Shown here in pieces: positions 28,012-40,410 of a stretch of DNA of 64,000 nt. Under the pieces are notes generated by a model that saw only the letters and a program-made list of their open reading frames with translations, did no database searches and had not been told where the DNA came from. Source of the DNA: an uncultured Desulfospira sp. (lineage in GTDB: Bacteria > Desulfobacterota > Desulfobacteria > Desulfobacterales > Desulfobacteraceae); assembly GCA_963663165.1 (NCBI GenBank), contig OY760175.1:1568001-1632000 (forward strand). The letters are read 5' to 3'. The position numbers were made by a program, and so were the translations under genes. How positions within the stretch are numbered: position 1 is the first letter of the stretch; every line of letters starts with the position of its first letter.

Positions 28012-29973
28012 TTATTCTATTACCGCCAGCACATCATCCTTGCCCACAGAGTCCCCACTGTTGTAATTCACCGCCTTGACCGTACCGGAAACCGGTGCCG
28101 GCAGGGCGTTTTCCATCTTCATGGCCTCAATAACCACTACGGTTTCGCCCTGGTTGACGGCATCACCCACATTCTTTTCATACTTGATGACCATACCGGG
28201 CATGGGGGACTTGACAGGAGTGCCGGAAGCCGAGGCTGCTGCCGGGGCCGGCTTGGGGGCCGCTGCCGGGGCCGCCGGGGCAGGTGCCGGTGCCGCAGGC
28301 GCCGGTGCGGCAACCGGTGCCGCATAGGAAATAATTGGAGCGCCGCCGATTTCTTCAACACCTACCTCAAAACTTTCCCCATCCACACATACATTAAAAG
28401 TTCTCATATTTTCACTCTTTTCCATTTTTTTCTTATCGGTTAATTGACCGGCCCTGGCCTTTTTGATCATTTCGTCCTGTTTTTTAACGTCTTCAAGGGT
28501 AATGGGTTTAAGGCTGTCGGGGATCTGTTCTTTGCCGTATTTCTGTAAAAGAAATTTTTTGCCCGTTACCGGGAACAGGGCATACAGGATCAGATCCTCT
28601 TCATCCTTGGCCAGATCACCGATCTGTTCTTTGGCCTTTTCAAGTTCGGGTTCGAGAACCTCTGCCGGACGGCAGGCAATGGGCTTCTCTCCCCTGTCAT
28701 ACCCCTTGAGGGCTTTTTTCTGAACCTCAGGGTCAATGGGAACCGAGGTTTTACCGTAAAGACCGTAACACAGGTCTTTAACCTGGGCTGTCACCATCTT
28801 GTACCGCTCATCTTTGGTGTCAAACAGCACGTTGTTCACGGTCTGGGTGCCCACGATCTGGCTTGTGGGGGTAACCAGCGGCACCTGGCCCAGCTCTTTT
28901 CTGACCCGGGGAAGCTCCTTGTAAACCTCATCGATCTTATCAATGGCGTCCATCTCCCGAAGCTGGTTCACCAGGTTGGACAGCATGCCGCCCGGGGTCT
29001 GGTGGAGCAGCACGTTAATATCGATGATGGACACTTTGGTGTCGTCCAGGAGATGCTTGTATTTGGGCATGACCTCTTTTTCAAGAATCTCATTGATATC
29101 CGCCAGGGCCTTGATATCAAACCCCGTATCCCGGTTGGTCCCGAGAAGCGACATGACCAGGGGTTCCAGGGCGGCATGAGAGGTCCGGTAGGCGTAGGGG
29201 GTCAGGCAGGTATCAATGATATCCACCCCGGCTTCAATGGCCTTTAAATGGGTCATGGGGGACATGCCCGAGGTAAAATGGCTGTGCAGGTGAATCAGGG
29301 GGCTGACATTCTCTTTTAAGGCCTTGATCAGCTTATAGGCATCATAGGGCGACATGAGCCCGGCCATGTCCTTGACACAGATGGAGTCCGCCCCCATGTC
29401 CTCCAGGTCCTTTGCCTTTTGAATATAATACTCTAAATTGTAAACATCCCCGCCCAGACGGGGTTCGGTCAGGGTATAGCAGATGCAGCCCTGGAAATGG
29501 GCGCCGCACTCCTTGATCACCGGGACCACGGTTTCAAAATTCCGGTAATCGTTAAGGGCGTCAAAGGTCCGGAACACCTCAAGGCCGTTGTCCACGGTCT
29601 TTTTAACAAAGAGCCTGGCCACATCATCGGCATAGTTTCGGTATCCCACCAGGTTCTGTCCCCGAAGCAGCATGGAAAACGGGGTCTTTTTCATATATTT
29701 TTTAAGGGTTCTCAATCTTTCCCATGGGTCTTCGCCCAGGAACCGGTGCATGGTGTCAAAGGTCGCACCGCCCCAGACTTCAACGGCCCAGAACCCAATG
29801 TCATCCATTTGTTCGGCAATGGGAATCATGTCCTCGGTCCGGCCTCTGGTGGCAAACAACGACTGATGGCCGTCCCGTAAGGACAGGTCCTCTATCTTCA
29901 GCGGGTGTTTGGCCGCCGGCCTGTCTTTGCCGTAATTCATTTCAACCATTTCAATGTGGCTGTGTTCGCTCAT
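28012..29973 (-). CDS. Pyruvate carboxylase subunit B / transcarboxylase 5S subunit with C-terminal biotin carrier
   Basis: LRDGHQSLFATR, WGGATFD, KDMAG, HQTPGGM, LVTPTSQIVG; Ala/Pro linker; EAMKM biotin motif. Confidence 0.9.
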   Translation of the reverse strand: MSEHSHIEMVEMNYGKDRPAAKHPLKIEDLSLRDGHQSLFATRGRTEDMIPIAEQMDDIGFWAVEVWGGATFDTMHRFLGEDPWERLRTLKKYMKKTPFSMLLRGQNLVGYRNYADDVARLFVKKTVDNGLEVFRTFDALNDYRNFETVVPVIKECGAHFQGCICYTLTEPRLGGDVYNLEYYIQKAKDLEDMGADSICVKDMAGLMSPYDAYKLIKALKENVSPLIHLHSHFTSGMSPMTHLKAIEAGVDIIDTCLTPYAYRTSHAALEPLVMSLLGTNRDTGFDIKALADINEILEKEVMPKYKHLLDDTKVSIIDINVLLHQTPGGMLSNLVNQLREMDAIDKIDEVYKELPRVRKELGQVPLVTPTSQIVGTQTVNNVLFDTKDERYKMVTAQVKDLCYGLYGKTSVPIDPEVQKKALKGYDRGEKPIACRPAEVLEPELEKAKEQIGDLAKDEEDLILYALFPVTGKKFLLQKYGKEQIPDSLKPITLEDVKKQDEMIKKARAGQLTDKKKMEKSENMRTFNVCVDGESFEVGVEEIGGAPIISYAAPVAAPAPAAPAPAPAAPAAAPKPAPAAASASGTPVKSPMPGMVIKYEKNVGDAVNQGETVVVIEAMKMENALPAPVSGTVKAVNYNSGDSVGKDDVLAVIE

Positions 29974-30036
29974 TTAACCTCTCCTGCATATATGGTTATA
30001 ATCTCTTGAAAATCTTGGCAGTCTGTGGGGGGTATA

Positions 30037-30203
30037 TAGTGTCTGAACGAAACCCCCGTGTTGGGGCGAAAAGTTGCCCAGATGCAAGGCGTAACCAAAG
30101 GTCAGAAACCAGAAAAATTTGTAACCGGAGCAACCATGGGGGGTGTGAGGATTACAAATTCTTCTGCAACGCAGCAGATGGGTGACTTTTCGTTCAAACA
30201 CTA
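30037..30203. mobile_element. MITE-like non-autonomous element, copy 1
   Basis: Terminal inverted repeats TAGTGTCTGAACGA / TCGTTCAAACACTA; closely related inverted copy at 41082-41229. Confidence 0.8.
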
Positions 30204-30431
30204 CCTAAATACCCGCAGCTGCATCATGGTGTTGGCCTGCATCATGGCCTGACGCCCGGATACACCCCACAGGTTAGGCACCTGAACCGGCCCGAAAGAT
30301 CCGGCCATTTGCGTTGGAGCTGCGCCGGCGGCCTGCATGGCGGCAGCCTCTTCATTGGTTTTGATATAGGTAAAAACAGCCCCCATGATGGCAGCCATCT
30401 TCCTTTTTTCCAGTTCTCCTTGTTTTGGCAT
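30201..30431 (-). CDS. Small accessory subunit of acyl-CoA carboxylase/transcarboxylase (epsilon-like)
   Basis: 76 aa, AAIMGAV helix, Ala-rich linker, NLWGVSGR; lies between the carboxyltransferase genes. Confidence 0.65.
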   Translation of the reverse strand: MPKQGELEKRKMAAIMGAVFTYIKTNEEAAAMQAAGAAPTQMAGSFGPVQVPNLWGVSGRQAMMQANTMMQLRVFR

Positions 30432-30450
30432 AAGTCCTCGCGTTTTTTGG

Positions 30451-30502
30451 CTTTTAGCTGTTAGCCGTTAGCAATTAGCGGTTAGCCTTTAGCTGTTGGC
30501 TG
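30451..30502. repeat. Family A heptamer tract
   Basis: ttagctg ttagccg ttagcaa ttagcgg ttagcct ttagctg ttggctg. Confidence 0.85.
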
Positions 30503-30507
30503 TATGG

Positions 30508-32061
30508 TTAAACCGGTATGTTGCCGTGTTTCTTGGCCGGCCGGATCTCCCGTTTTGTGGAAAGGGCCTCTAATGCGTCAATGAGCCTTGGCCGGGTCTG
30601 AGAAGGCTGGATCACGGCATCCACATATCCCCTGGCCGCCGCACAATAGGGATTTGAAAACTGGTTGTTGTACTCTTCAATCTTTTCCTTGCGTTTGGCG
30701 GCCGGATCTTCGGCCCCTTTGATTTCCCTTGCATGGATGATATTGGCCGCCCCTTCAGCCCCCATGACGGCCACTTCGGCGCTGGGCCAGGCAAAGGCCA
30801 TATCCGCCCCGAGATGCTTGGAACACATGGCCAGATATGATCCGCCGTAATCTTTGCGGGTAATGAGCAGCAGCTTGGGCACCGTGGCTTCGGAATAGCA
30901 CCAGAGCAGTTTGGCCCCATGCCGGATAATGCCCCCCCATTCCTGGTTGGACCCGGGCAGGTATCCGGGCACATCGGCAATGGTGAGCATGGGAATGTTA
31001 AAGGCGTCGCAAAACCGGATAAACCGGGTGGCCTTGTCCGAGGCGTCAATGTCCAGACACCCGGCCATGTGATTGGGCTGGTTGGCAATGATGCCGATGG
31101 GCCGGCCGTTGAGCCGGGCAAAACAGATCACGATATTCCGGGCAAAATACTGATGGGGCTCAAAAAACTCGCCGTTATCCACAATGGAGGCAATGACCCC
31201 TTTAATATCGTAGGACTGGTTGGGGTTATCGGGAATAATGCCATCAAGCCCGGGGTCGGTCCGGTTGGGATCATCCGTAGGCGGTGCCAGGGGCGGGTCT
31301 TCCATGTTGTTGGACGGCAGATAGGAGAGCAGCTTTTTGATTTGGAGGATACAGTCCTCATCGGATTCGCAGGCAAACTGGGCCACCCCTGATTTCTCGT
31401 TGTGGGCCATGGCGCCGCCAAGGGCCTCAAAACTGATTTCCTCTCCGGTCACGGCCTTGATGACGTTGGGGCCGGTAATAAACATGTAGGAGGATTCTTT
31501 TACCATAAAGATGAAGTCGGTCATGGCCGGTGAATAAACCGCACCGCCCGCCGTGGGCCCCATGATGGCGGAAATCTGGGGGATCACCCCCGAGGCCGCC
31601 GAGTTCCGGAAGAAAATCTCCCCGTACCCGGACAGGGCATCAATGCCCTCCTGTATCCGGGCACCGCCCGAATCGTTCATGCCGATAATGGGGGCCCCGG
31701 CCTTCATGGCCATGTCCATAACCTTGCAGATCTTTTTGGCCTGCATTTCCCCAAGGGAGCCTGCCCGGGCCGTGAAATCCTGGGCATAGGCAAACACCAC
31801 CCGGCCGTCCACCCGACCATGGCCGGTGACCACGCCGTCGGCGGGAATCTGCTTGGTCTCCATCCCAAAGTTGGTACACCGGTGGGTCACAAACATATCC
31901 AATTCCCTGAAACTGCCTTTATCAAAGAGGATATCAAGCCGCTCTCTGGCGTTGAGGACCCCTTTTTCCTTTCGTTTGGCAAGGGCAGCTTCCCCGCCCA
32001 TCCCTAGGATTTCCTGTTCTCGTTTTTTTAGTTCCTGGATCTTGTCAGATATGACGCCCAT
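30508..32061 (-). CDS. Acyl-CoA carboxylase beta / methylmalonyl-CoA carboxyltransferase 12S subunit
   Basis: DGVVTG, QDFT..GSLG, DSGGARIQEG, GPTAGGAVYSPA, DVPGYLPG, KKHGNIP. Confidence 0.93.
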   Translation of the reverse strand: MGVISDKIQELKKREQEILGMGGEAALAKRKEKGVLNARERLDILFDKGSFRELDMFVTHRCTNFGMETKQIPADGVVTGHGRVDGRVVFAYAQDFTARAGSLGEMQAKKICKVMDMAMKAGAPIIGMNDSGGARIQEGIDALSGYGEIFFRNSAASGVIPQISAIMGPTAGGAVYSPAMTDFIFMVKESSYMFITGPNVIKAVTGEEISFEALGGAMAHNEKSGVAQFACESDEDCILQIKKLLSYLPSNNMEDPPLAPPTDDPNRTDPGLDGIIPDNPNQSYDIKGVIASIVDNGEFFEPHQYFARNIVICFARLNGRPIGIIANQPNHMAGCLDIDASDKATRFIRFCDAFNIPMLTIADVPGYLPGSNQEWGGIIRHGAKLLWCYSEATVPKLLLITRKDYGGSYLAMCSKHLGADMAFAWPSAEVAVMGAEGAANIIHAREIKGAEDPAAKRKEKIEEYNNQFSNPYCAAARGYVDAVIQPSQTRPRLIDALEALSTKREIRPAKKHGNIPV

Positions 32062-32454
32062 AATTTCAACCTTTCCTTATGTTAAAACCAGTTACTACCG
32101 CTTTTTATCCATCTGTTTTGTAAATTCGTCAGGCCGTTGATCAGTTGTACAGTTATAACGGCAACCCCCTTTTAGTTCAAATCAAATCTTTCATCAGACA
32201 AATTCCGAGCGCGCGATCGGAATTTGAAATAACACTAATTCAAGGACATACGCCTTGTCAAGACACTTGTGAAATTCTACCCGGAAACCGGAGATAAACC
32301 TATCCCCGGTAGGAAAATTTCCTATCCCGGCCCCTTGCCTCTCAAACCCAAAAAAAATTCCGATAAAAGACAAGACTATATCCTCGGATAGGGCCAACCT
32401 GCAGACTGTTTGATGCGTGATTATAGATGATAAATGTATATTCCGCCCTGGACA

Positions 32455-32648
32455 GTCGAAATCGAAATCGTTATCGAAATCGAGCGAATCTTGAAACCAC
32501 TTTCAATTTTGGGCAGGAGCGGGCCATGCCCACGATTCGCGGGCATGGCCCGCTCCAACAAGGCCATGTTTCATGCTCTTGTTCAAATCATTCAGCTCGG
32601 TGGACAAAAGCGTTGTGTTGCTCACCAAATTTTCCGATTTCGATTTCG
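32455..32648. repeat. Hexamer (TCGAAA) inverted arms enclosing a REP-like palindrome (32513-32559)
   Basis: gtcgaaatcgaaatcgttatcgaaatcg ... cgatttcgatttcga; inner gcaggagcgggccatgccc...gggcatggcccgctccaac. Confidence 0.7.
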
Positions 32649-32866
32649 AGCGGTACCCTTGGTTGAACCGGCACTCAGCAAATTCAATTTTATTGAAGAT
32701 TTAACTTATTTTTAAACGCGATTGCCCTGCCCCTGCCCTTGACACGGAAATATTTATGGGCAAATATGGGGGTATTCACAAATCGAATCAACCTTCTGGC
32801 CCAATGGATCGCATAGTGGTTTACATACAATGCGAATAAAGGTCTCAGATGAAAAGGAGGGCTCCA

Positions 32867-34603
32867 ATGAAAGCTGTTTCCTTTTACAGGCGACTATTTT
32901 TAATCATTTTAGCGGTACTTATTTACTGTGTTTCCGGCCCATTGGCCGGCGCTAAAATTATCTATGTCAAATGGGATTCGGCAGCGCCTGCCCCGGACGG
33001 GGTCTCATGGGACACTGCCTATACGGATATTCAAAGCGCATTAAATGATGCCGGGCAGGGAGATGATATTTTTGTTGCAGCAGGGACGTATACCCCTGTT
33101 CAGGAAAACGGGGGCACAGGAACCCGGTTCACCTCATTCCAGTTGAAAAACCAGGTCGGCCTTTACGGCGGATTCGCCGGGACTGAAACAGATATCACTC
33201 AAAGGGACATTCAAGCCAACCCGACGATCCTCAGTGGTGATATCGGCACGGCTTTGGAAACAGGGGACAATTGTTACCATGTGTTCTACCATCCCGAAAA
33301 TTCCAACCTGGATGAAACGGCTGTTCTGGACGGTTTCACCATCACCGGTGGATATCCGAACGGATCAGGGGACCACCGCAGAGGCGGCGGGATGTACAAC
33401 GAGGATGCCTCCCCTGCCATTTCAAATTGTATATTTAAAGACAACCATGCTATCAGCAACTACGGCTATGGCGGCGGCATGTACAACCAAAATGCCTCCC
33501 CGCAGATTACATCCTGCACTTTCATGAACAACACCTGTAAAAAATACGGCGGGGGCATGTACAACAGCTATGCCTCGCCGATCATTGTAGATTCCGTGTT
33601 TCAAAACAACCGCTCGGGCCTGCCGCTGAATGTGACAAGCGGTGATGGCAACGGGGGCGGTATGTACATCAGCGGGACCAGTTCTCCGGCCCTGATCCAA
33701 TGCACCTTTGACGGCAACACAGCCCGGTACGACGGCGGCGCACTGTATATGACCGGCTCGAACGTCGCCCCGACCCTGATTAACTGCCGCTTTGTCAACA
33801 ACACCTCTGACAAACAGCATGGCGGAGCCATGTATATTACTTACGGCGCAACCCCTGAAATGGTCAACTGTGTTTTCAGCCACAACCAGGCCATGGCCAC
33901 GGCCAGGCACGGCGGTGCTATATACAACTATGCATCCTCACCTATTCTAACCAACTGCGTATTTTACCATAACGAAGCCGGGTGCATCGGGGACACCATA
34001 TACAATAGCCAGTTTTCCGACCCGGTTATCACCAACTCTATTTTGTGGCGCCATGACAACGACAGCGATCCGGATTTGATTTACAACACCAGCGAATGCT
34101 TCCCCTTGCTCACCTACTGCAATATCCAGGGCGGCTACGGCGATTCCCAGGAAGATCACAATATAGCTCTACCCCCTTTATTTGCAGACCCGGAAAATCA
34201 GGATTTCCACCTTCAGGCTGGCTCTCCCTGTATTGATGCCGGCAGCAATGATCTGCTGCCCCTGGATACAGAAGACATTGACGGGGACGGCGATGTATCG
34301 GAAACCATTCCCTGGGACATGGACCAAAATGACCGGCGCATGGATGAAAGCGACGTCACAGATACCGGGCAGGGAACGCCGCCGGTTGTCGACATGGGGG
34401 TTTATGAATCCGGCCAACCCGCCCCCCTTCCCGGGGACCTCAACCAAGACGGACAGGTTAACAGCCTTGACATCCCTTACTTTGCCGATTTCTTCGGTCT
34501 TTCACAACCGCCATCTGCCTGTGATGCGGATTTTGATACGGATAAAGACGTGGACGGGGCTGACCTTTCAGCGTTTATCCGTTTACTGGGCGGTCAGGAA
34601 TAA
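32867..34603 (+). CDS. Exported right-handed beta-helix protein (choice-of-anchor-Q-like) with C-terminal dockerin/EF-hand-like module
   Basis: Repeats GGGMYN..ASP...C.F..N; DFHLQAGSPCIDAG; DMGVYE; PGDLNQDGQVNSLD...ADFDTDKDVDGADL. Confidence 0.75.
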   Translation: MKAVSFYRRLFLIILAVLIYCVSGPLAGAKIIYVKWDSAAPAPDGVSWDTAYTDIQSALNDAGQGDDIFVAAGTYTPVQENGGTGTRFTSFQLKNQVGLYGGFAGTETDITQRDIQANPTILSGDIGTALETGDNCYHVFYHPENSNLDETAVLDGFTITGGYPNGSGDHRRGGGMYNEDASPAISNCIFKDNHAISNYGYGGGMYNQNASPQITSCTFMNNTCKKYGGGMYNSYASPIIVDSVFQNNRSGLPLNVTSGDGNGGGMYISGTSSPALIQCTFDGNTARYDGGALYMTGSNVAPTLINCRFVNNTSDKQHGGAMYITYGATPEMVNCVFSHNQAMATARHGGAIYNYASSPILTNCVFYHNEAGCIGDTIYNSQFSDPVITNSILWRHDNDSDPDLIYNTSECFPLLTYCNIQGGYGDSQEDHNIALPPLFADPENQDFHLQAGSPCIDAGSNDLLPLDTEDIDGDGDVSETIPWDMDQNDRRMDESDVTDTGQGTPPVVDMGVYESGQPAPLPGDLNQDGQVNSLDIPYFADFFGLSQPPSACDADFDTDKDVDGADLSAFIRLLGGQE

Positions 34604-34640
34604 GAAGCCAATCTAAAAGAATAAAACCGGGAGTTAAGCG

Positions 34641-35249
34641 TTATTTCCCAAGATAGTCTGCCAGGCATTGATCCAGTTGGTTTAAGGTTCCCGAGTAAAA
34701 ATGGTCGCCGCCGCCCACGATTTCAAACCGGGTTTTAAGGTCCCATTTGCGAATAAGGTCTTTTATCATTCCCGGCGGCGCAATCTCATCGTTTTCCCCG
34801 GTCAGGATCAGGCCGGTATTGGAAAGGCTTTCAACGCCATCAAATGACATGAATGCCGCCGGCGGGGACACCATGATATGGTCATCAACCTTGATCCCGG
34901 CCGACACCACCGAAGCGTTTATCCGGGATCCGAAAGAGTATCCGGCAAGGACAATGGAAGAGATGCCCTGTTTTCCTAAAAACCCCACGGCGGCCCTCAC
35001 ATCTTCCTGCTCGCCGATCCCATCGTCATGGGTTCCTGAGCTTTTCCCGGTCCCCCTGAAATTAAACCGAAGGGTGGTAAAGCCAAGTTGTGAAAACCGG
35101 TCAACCACCTGCATGACCACCATATTGTCCATGTTCCCCCCATACAGGGGATGGGGATGGGTCATGACCACTGCCCGGTCAGACGATTGTTTATCCAGCA
35201 TTCCCTCAAGCTCAATACCTGAACATGGAATAATAACAGGTTGTTCCAT
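34641..35249 (-). CDS. Alpha/beta-fold hydrolase
   Basis: HPHPLYGGNMDN, RFNFRG, GYSFG, DHFY. Confidence 0.9.
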   Translation of the reverse strand: MEQPVIIPCSGIELEGMLDKQSSDRAVVMTHPHPLYGGNMDNMVVMQVVDRFSQLGFTTLRFNFRGTGKSSGTHDDGIGEQEDVRAAVGFLGKQGISSIVLAGYSFGSRINASVVSAGIKVDDHIMVSPPAAFMSFDGVESLSNTGLILTGENDEIAPPGMIKDLIRKWDLKTRFEIVGGGDHFYSGTLNQLDQCLADYLGK

Positions 35250-35262
35250 ATGATTACCTTAA

Positions 35263-35334
35263 TTTAGCCTTTAGCTGTTAGCATGCCCCGCATGTTTTCT
35301 GTATCCGGTCTCCGGTCTCCCGTCTTCCGTCTCC
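35263..35334. repeat. Adjacent family A and family C heptamer tracts
   Basis: tttagcctttagctgttagc and tccggtctccggtctcccgtcttccgtctcc. Confidence 0.65.
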
Positions 35335-36110
35335 TACTTTATCGTTTTCATCAACTCTTTCACAAACCGGACCGGAATGGCATAGGTAATGCCCGAAGGC
35401 TCTTTAAGGACATGCTCTTTTTTCCCTTTAACAAAGACCTGGTTGATCACACCGATGACCTCCCCGGTGCGGCTCCGGTACAGGGGGCTGCCGCTGTTGC
35501 CCGGATAGGCCACGGCATCTACCTGGTACACATCATAGGGATCGTCTAAATACCGGACCAGTTTTCTGTCCCGGATCTGGTGAAAGGTGGTGGGCCGCAC
35601 CAGAGGGCAGACGCTTGAGATGATCCCCATGTGGGTGGTGGGGTTTAACCCGAGAACCAGGCCGATGGGGTATCCGGTAAAGGCCACCCCGATTCCCTCA
35701 CGGACATTGCCCGGTTTCCCGTCAAGGGTCATGGGGGAAAGGCGTTCCTGGGCCAGCTGTAAAATGGCCAGGTCATGGAACTTGTCCTCTGCCACAATTT
35801 GTGCCTCAACCCCTTTAACGGAAAGGTCTTTATGGAAAATTCTCAGATACCTGAGCCGGTTTTTCTCAACCACCGGGGCCACCACATGGTGGTTGGTCAC
35901 CACCCACTGCCCCTCTCCGACCACGAACCCGGTGCCAAGGTAGGTGGACTTGGGGACGTCGTTGAAATAGTGGGTCCCCACCGCTACAATGGCGGGCTTG
36001 ACCTTTTCAAGCAGATCGGCAAAGGGCTCGTCCCCTGCCCCAAGGGTTTCTTCACCGGTTGAAACCAGACATAAAACCACCCCCAGGGTAACGCAGAAAA
36101 ACCTTAACAT
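35334..36110 (-). CDS. Trypsin-like (S1) serine protease, no PDZ domain
   Basis: GTGF, VTNHHV, DLAIL, PGNSGSPL. Confidence 0.88.
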   Translation of the reverse strand: MLRFFCVTLGVVLCLVSTGEETLGAGDEPFADLLEKVKPAIVAVGTHYFNDVPKSTYLGTGFVVGEGQWVVTNHHVVAPVVEKNRLRYLRIFHKDLSVKGVEAQIVAEDKFHDLAILQLAQERLSPMTLDGKPGNVREGIGVAFTGYPIGLVLGLNPTTHMGIISSVCPLVRPTTFHQIRDRKLVRYLDDPYDVYQVDAVAYPGNSGSPLYRSRTGEVIGVINQVFVKGKKEHVLKEPSGITYAIPVRFVKELMKTIK

Positions 36111-36124
36111 CCGGCAGCCTTTGC

Positions 36125-37822
<1,698 letters not shown>

Positions 37823-37825
37823 TTA

Positions 37826-38668
37826 TCATTCGTAAATTTTCTTAAAATCTTCCAGCTGCCTGTCCAGTTCCCGGATGGTGTCGGCAAAGTTTTGTTCCGT
37901 TTCCGGATATTGGGCCATGATGTGGCTGATGTCAAAAAATCCAGGGGGAAAGTCTGATTTGAATTCAACCCGGCTGACCCGTATCTGTGCCGCCCGCTGC
38001 CCGTCCATATAAATATCGGTTTCCATGGGATACCAGGCCTGGCCGGTTTCCTGCCAGTCGCTGTAACGGTACTCCATGGTCCATCCCTTTTTCACCAGCA
38101 CATACCGGACCGGAAAAAGGCTTTCCTTATCAATCCAGAGGCTGGGGTAAAGCCCGTCTTTCTTTTGGGCCCGTCCAATGACATAACAGACCCGGCTGTC
38201 AAGCCTTCGGAAGACCACTTTTTCAGTGTCCACACCCTGCCTGGCCATCTGCTGTTCAAGGATGTCATACTCTCTATAAAGCAGAATATCCGTATAAAAG
38301 TCCAGGGCTGATTTTTCATAGGCGCTGATCCGGCCGTCCTGCACGGCAATAAATTGCCGGCCATCTGCCACGCATAAACCGGTCACGCCGTTGGCGCAGG
38401 TCTCTTTGCGCATCCGGTCCGGACACTGGTAAAACAATTTTTCGGTTAAGCCGCCAACCTTGTGAAACCCTAAGGCCCCACTGCCGGAAATCTTTTTAAG
38501 CTGGAGAACCGTTCGGGTCTGGCAAACCGCAAGCCCTGCAGGCTTCTGGACCTTCTGGATCATCATATACAGCAGATGAGGCGTTTGGGGAATGAATGCC
38601 CTTGCTGTTTTGGGAACAAAAAACAGAATAAGAGCAAGAAACAGATAGAATATTTTTTTTCTATTCAT
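37826..38668 (-). CDS. Exported LolA-like / outer-membrane lipoprotein-sorting fold protein
   Basis: Signal peptide MNRKKIFYLFLALILFFVPKTARA; LWIDKESLFPVR; YSDW....WYP. Confidence 0.6.
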   Translation of the reverse strand: MNRKKIFYLFLALILFFVPKTARAFIPQTPHLLYMMIQKVQKPAGLAVCQTRTVLQLKKISGSGALGFHKVGGLTEKLFYQCPDRMRKETCANGVTGLCVADGRQFIAVQDGRISAYEKSALDFYTDILLYREYDILEQQMARQGVDTEKVVFRRLDSRVCYVIGRAQKKDGLYPSLWIDKESLFPVRYVLVKKGWTMEYRYSDWQETGQAWYPMETDIYMDGQRAAQIRVSRVEFKSDFPPGFFDISHIMAQYPETEQNFADTIRELDRQLEDFKKIYE

Positions 38669-38754
38669 TAAGGGGGTAGCATGAACGGATGAAGACCCCA
38701 AAAACCAAAAGCAACCGCAACTTTCAAAGTCTTCATCATTTTTTTTGAAAACCA

Positions 38755-38832
38755 CAGGACTTGGGAAATGGGACTTGGGGTTTTCCGCCGAATCCCTGAC
38801 GCAAGTCCCAAGTCCCAAGTCTCATATCCCAA
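38755..38832. repeat. Family B heptamer hairpin
   Basis: ggacttgggaaatgggacttgggg ... caagtcccaagtcccaagtctcatatccca. Confidence 0.8.
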
Positions 38833-38910
38833 TCTATCACTATTTGCTGTGGGCCGGCCTTGAATCAGCAACCAAGGCCGGCCCGATTTCATCCCTTACG
38901 GGTATAACCG

Positions 38911-40182
38911 TTACAACAGGAGGCCTTCGGGGAAACAGGCACCGTCACCGAGCTGTTCCTCAATCCGGATCAACTGGTTGTACTTGGCCACCCGGTCGCT
39001 TCTGGACATGGACCCGGTTTTGATCTGGCCGGCATTGACGCCCACGGCCAAGTCGGCAATAAAGGAATCTTCGGTTTCACCGGACCGGTGGGAGACCACG
39101 GTGGTGTAGCCCGAGGCCTTGGCCATCTGGATGGTGTCAAGGGTTTCGGTTACAGTGCCGATCTGGTTGAGCTTGATAAGGATGGAGTTGCCGATCTGTC
39201 TTTCAATCCCTTTTTTGAAAATGTCGGGGTTGGTGACAAAGACATCGTCCCCCACAATCTGGATCTTGCTGCCCAGCCGCTGGGTCATGATTTCCCAGGC
39301 GTCCCAGTCGCCTTCAGCGATGCCGTCTTCAATGGACAGCAACGGGTACTTGTCAATGAGGCCCTCATAATAATCAATGAGTTCTTCAGCAGACAAAGAC
39401 CTGTCCTCAGAGGCGAACCTGTACTTGCCGTCTTCATAGAACTCGCTGGCAGCCGCATCCAGGGCAATGCCGATATCCTTGCCCGGCCGGTAGCCGGCCT
39501 CTTCAATGGCATGGATGATGTATTCAATGGCCTCTTCATTGGAGTTCAGGTTCGGGGCAAATCCGCCTTCATCGCCCACGGCCGTGTTCAGCCCCTTGCC
39601 CTTGAGTATCTTTTTGAGATGATGAAAGGTTTCAGCCCCCATGCGGATGGCTTCGCTGATGGAGCCGGCCCCGAATGGAAGCACCATGAACTCCTGAATA
39701 TCCAGGTTATTGGCGGCATGGGCGCCCCCGTTAACGATATTCATCATGGGCACGGGCATCACCCGGGCATTGATTCCTCCGATATGCTGGTACAACGGGA
39801 TATCACAAGATTGTGCCGCTGCTCTTGTGGCGGCCATGGACACCCCGAGAATGGCGTTGGCCCCAAGCCGTGATTTGTTCTCGGTGCCGTCAATGTCGAT
39901 CATGGTCCGGTCAAGCCCGGCCTGGTCCATGGCATCATACCCGATGATCTCAGGGGCAATAACGTCGTTAACATTGGCCACGGCGTTTTGAACCCCTTTG
40001 CCCATAAACCGGTTGTCGATTTTGTCCCGAAGCTCCAGGGCTTCCCGGGTTCCGGTAGACGCCCCGGACGGCACAGCGGCCCTGCCCTGAGCGCCACAGG
40101 CAAGGCTCACATCGACTTCAACCGTAGGATTCCCTCTTGAATCCAGGATCTCCCTTGCCCTGACATCAATTATCTCGGTCAT
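38911..40182 (-). CDS. eno: Enolase
   Basis: [44 protein letters not shown]. Confidence 0.97.
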   Translation of the reverse strand: MTEIIDVRAREILDSRGNPTVEVDVSLACGAQGRAAVPSGASTGTREALELRDKIDNRFMGKGVQNAVANVNDVIAPEIIGYDAMDQAGLDRTMIDIDGTENKSRLGANAILGVSMAATRAAAQSCDIPLYQHIGGINARVMPVPMMNIVNGGAHAANNLDIQEFMVLPFGAGSISEAIRMGAETFHHLKKILKGKGLNTAVGDEGGFAPNLNSNEEAIEYIIHAIEEAGYRPGKDIGIALDAAASEFYEDGKYRFASEDRSLSAEELIDYYEGLIDKYPLLSIEDGIAEGDWDAWEIMTQRLGSKIQIVGDDVFVTNPDIFKKGIERQIGNSILIKLNQIGTVTETLDTIQMAKASGYTTVVSHRSGETEDSFIADLAVGVNAGQIKTGSMSRSDRVAKYNQLIRIEEQLGDGACFPEGLLL

Positions 40183-40410
40183 TTTCCCCCCCTTTTTTTA
40201 TGGTATTTGAATGAACTGATTGTAGATTGACTGGTATGTACGGTATCCATTATTAACAATAACCCATCCGACATTCAAGATTAATCTTGAATTTACCCCT
40301 GTTCCTTATTAAATTATTTTTCAAACCCCCTTAATCTTGACAAACAAAAGCCACTCTTATATTTACAAAAGTTGTCTTGATTTAACATTAATCTCATAAA
40401 GGAGTTATTC

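Noticed and set aside
32194..32715. Small ORFs in the intergenic region before the beta-helix gene
   Set aside because: Translations (RNRNRYRNR, VEIEIVIEIE) are products of hexamer and REP repeats.
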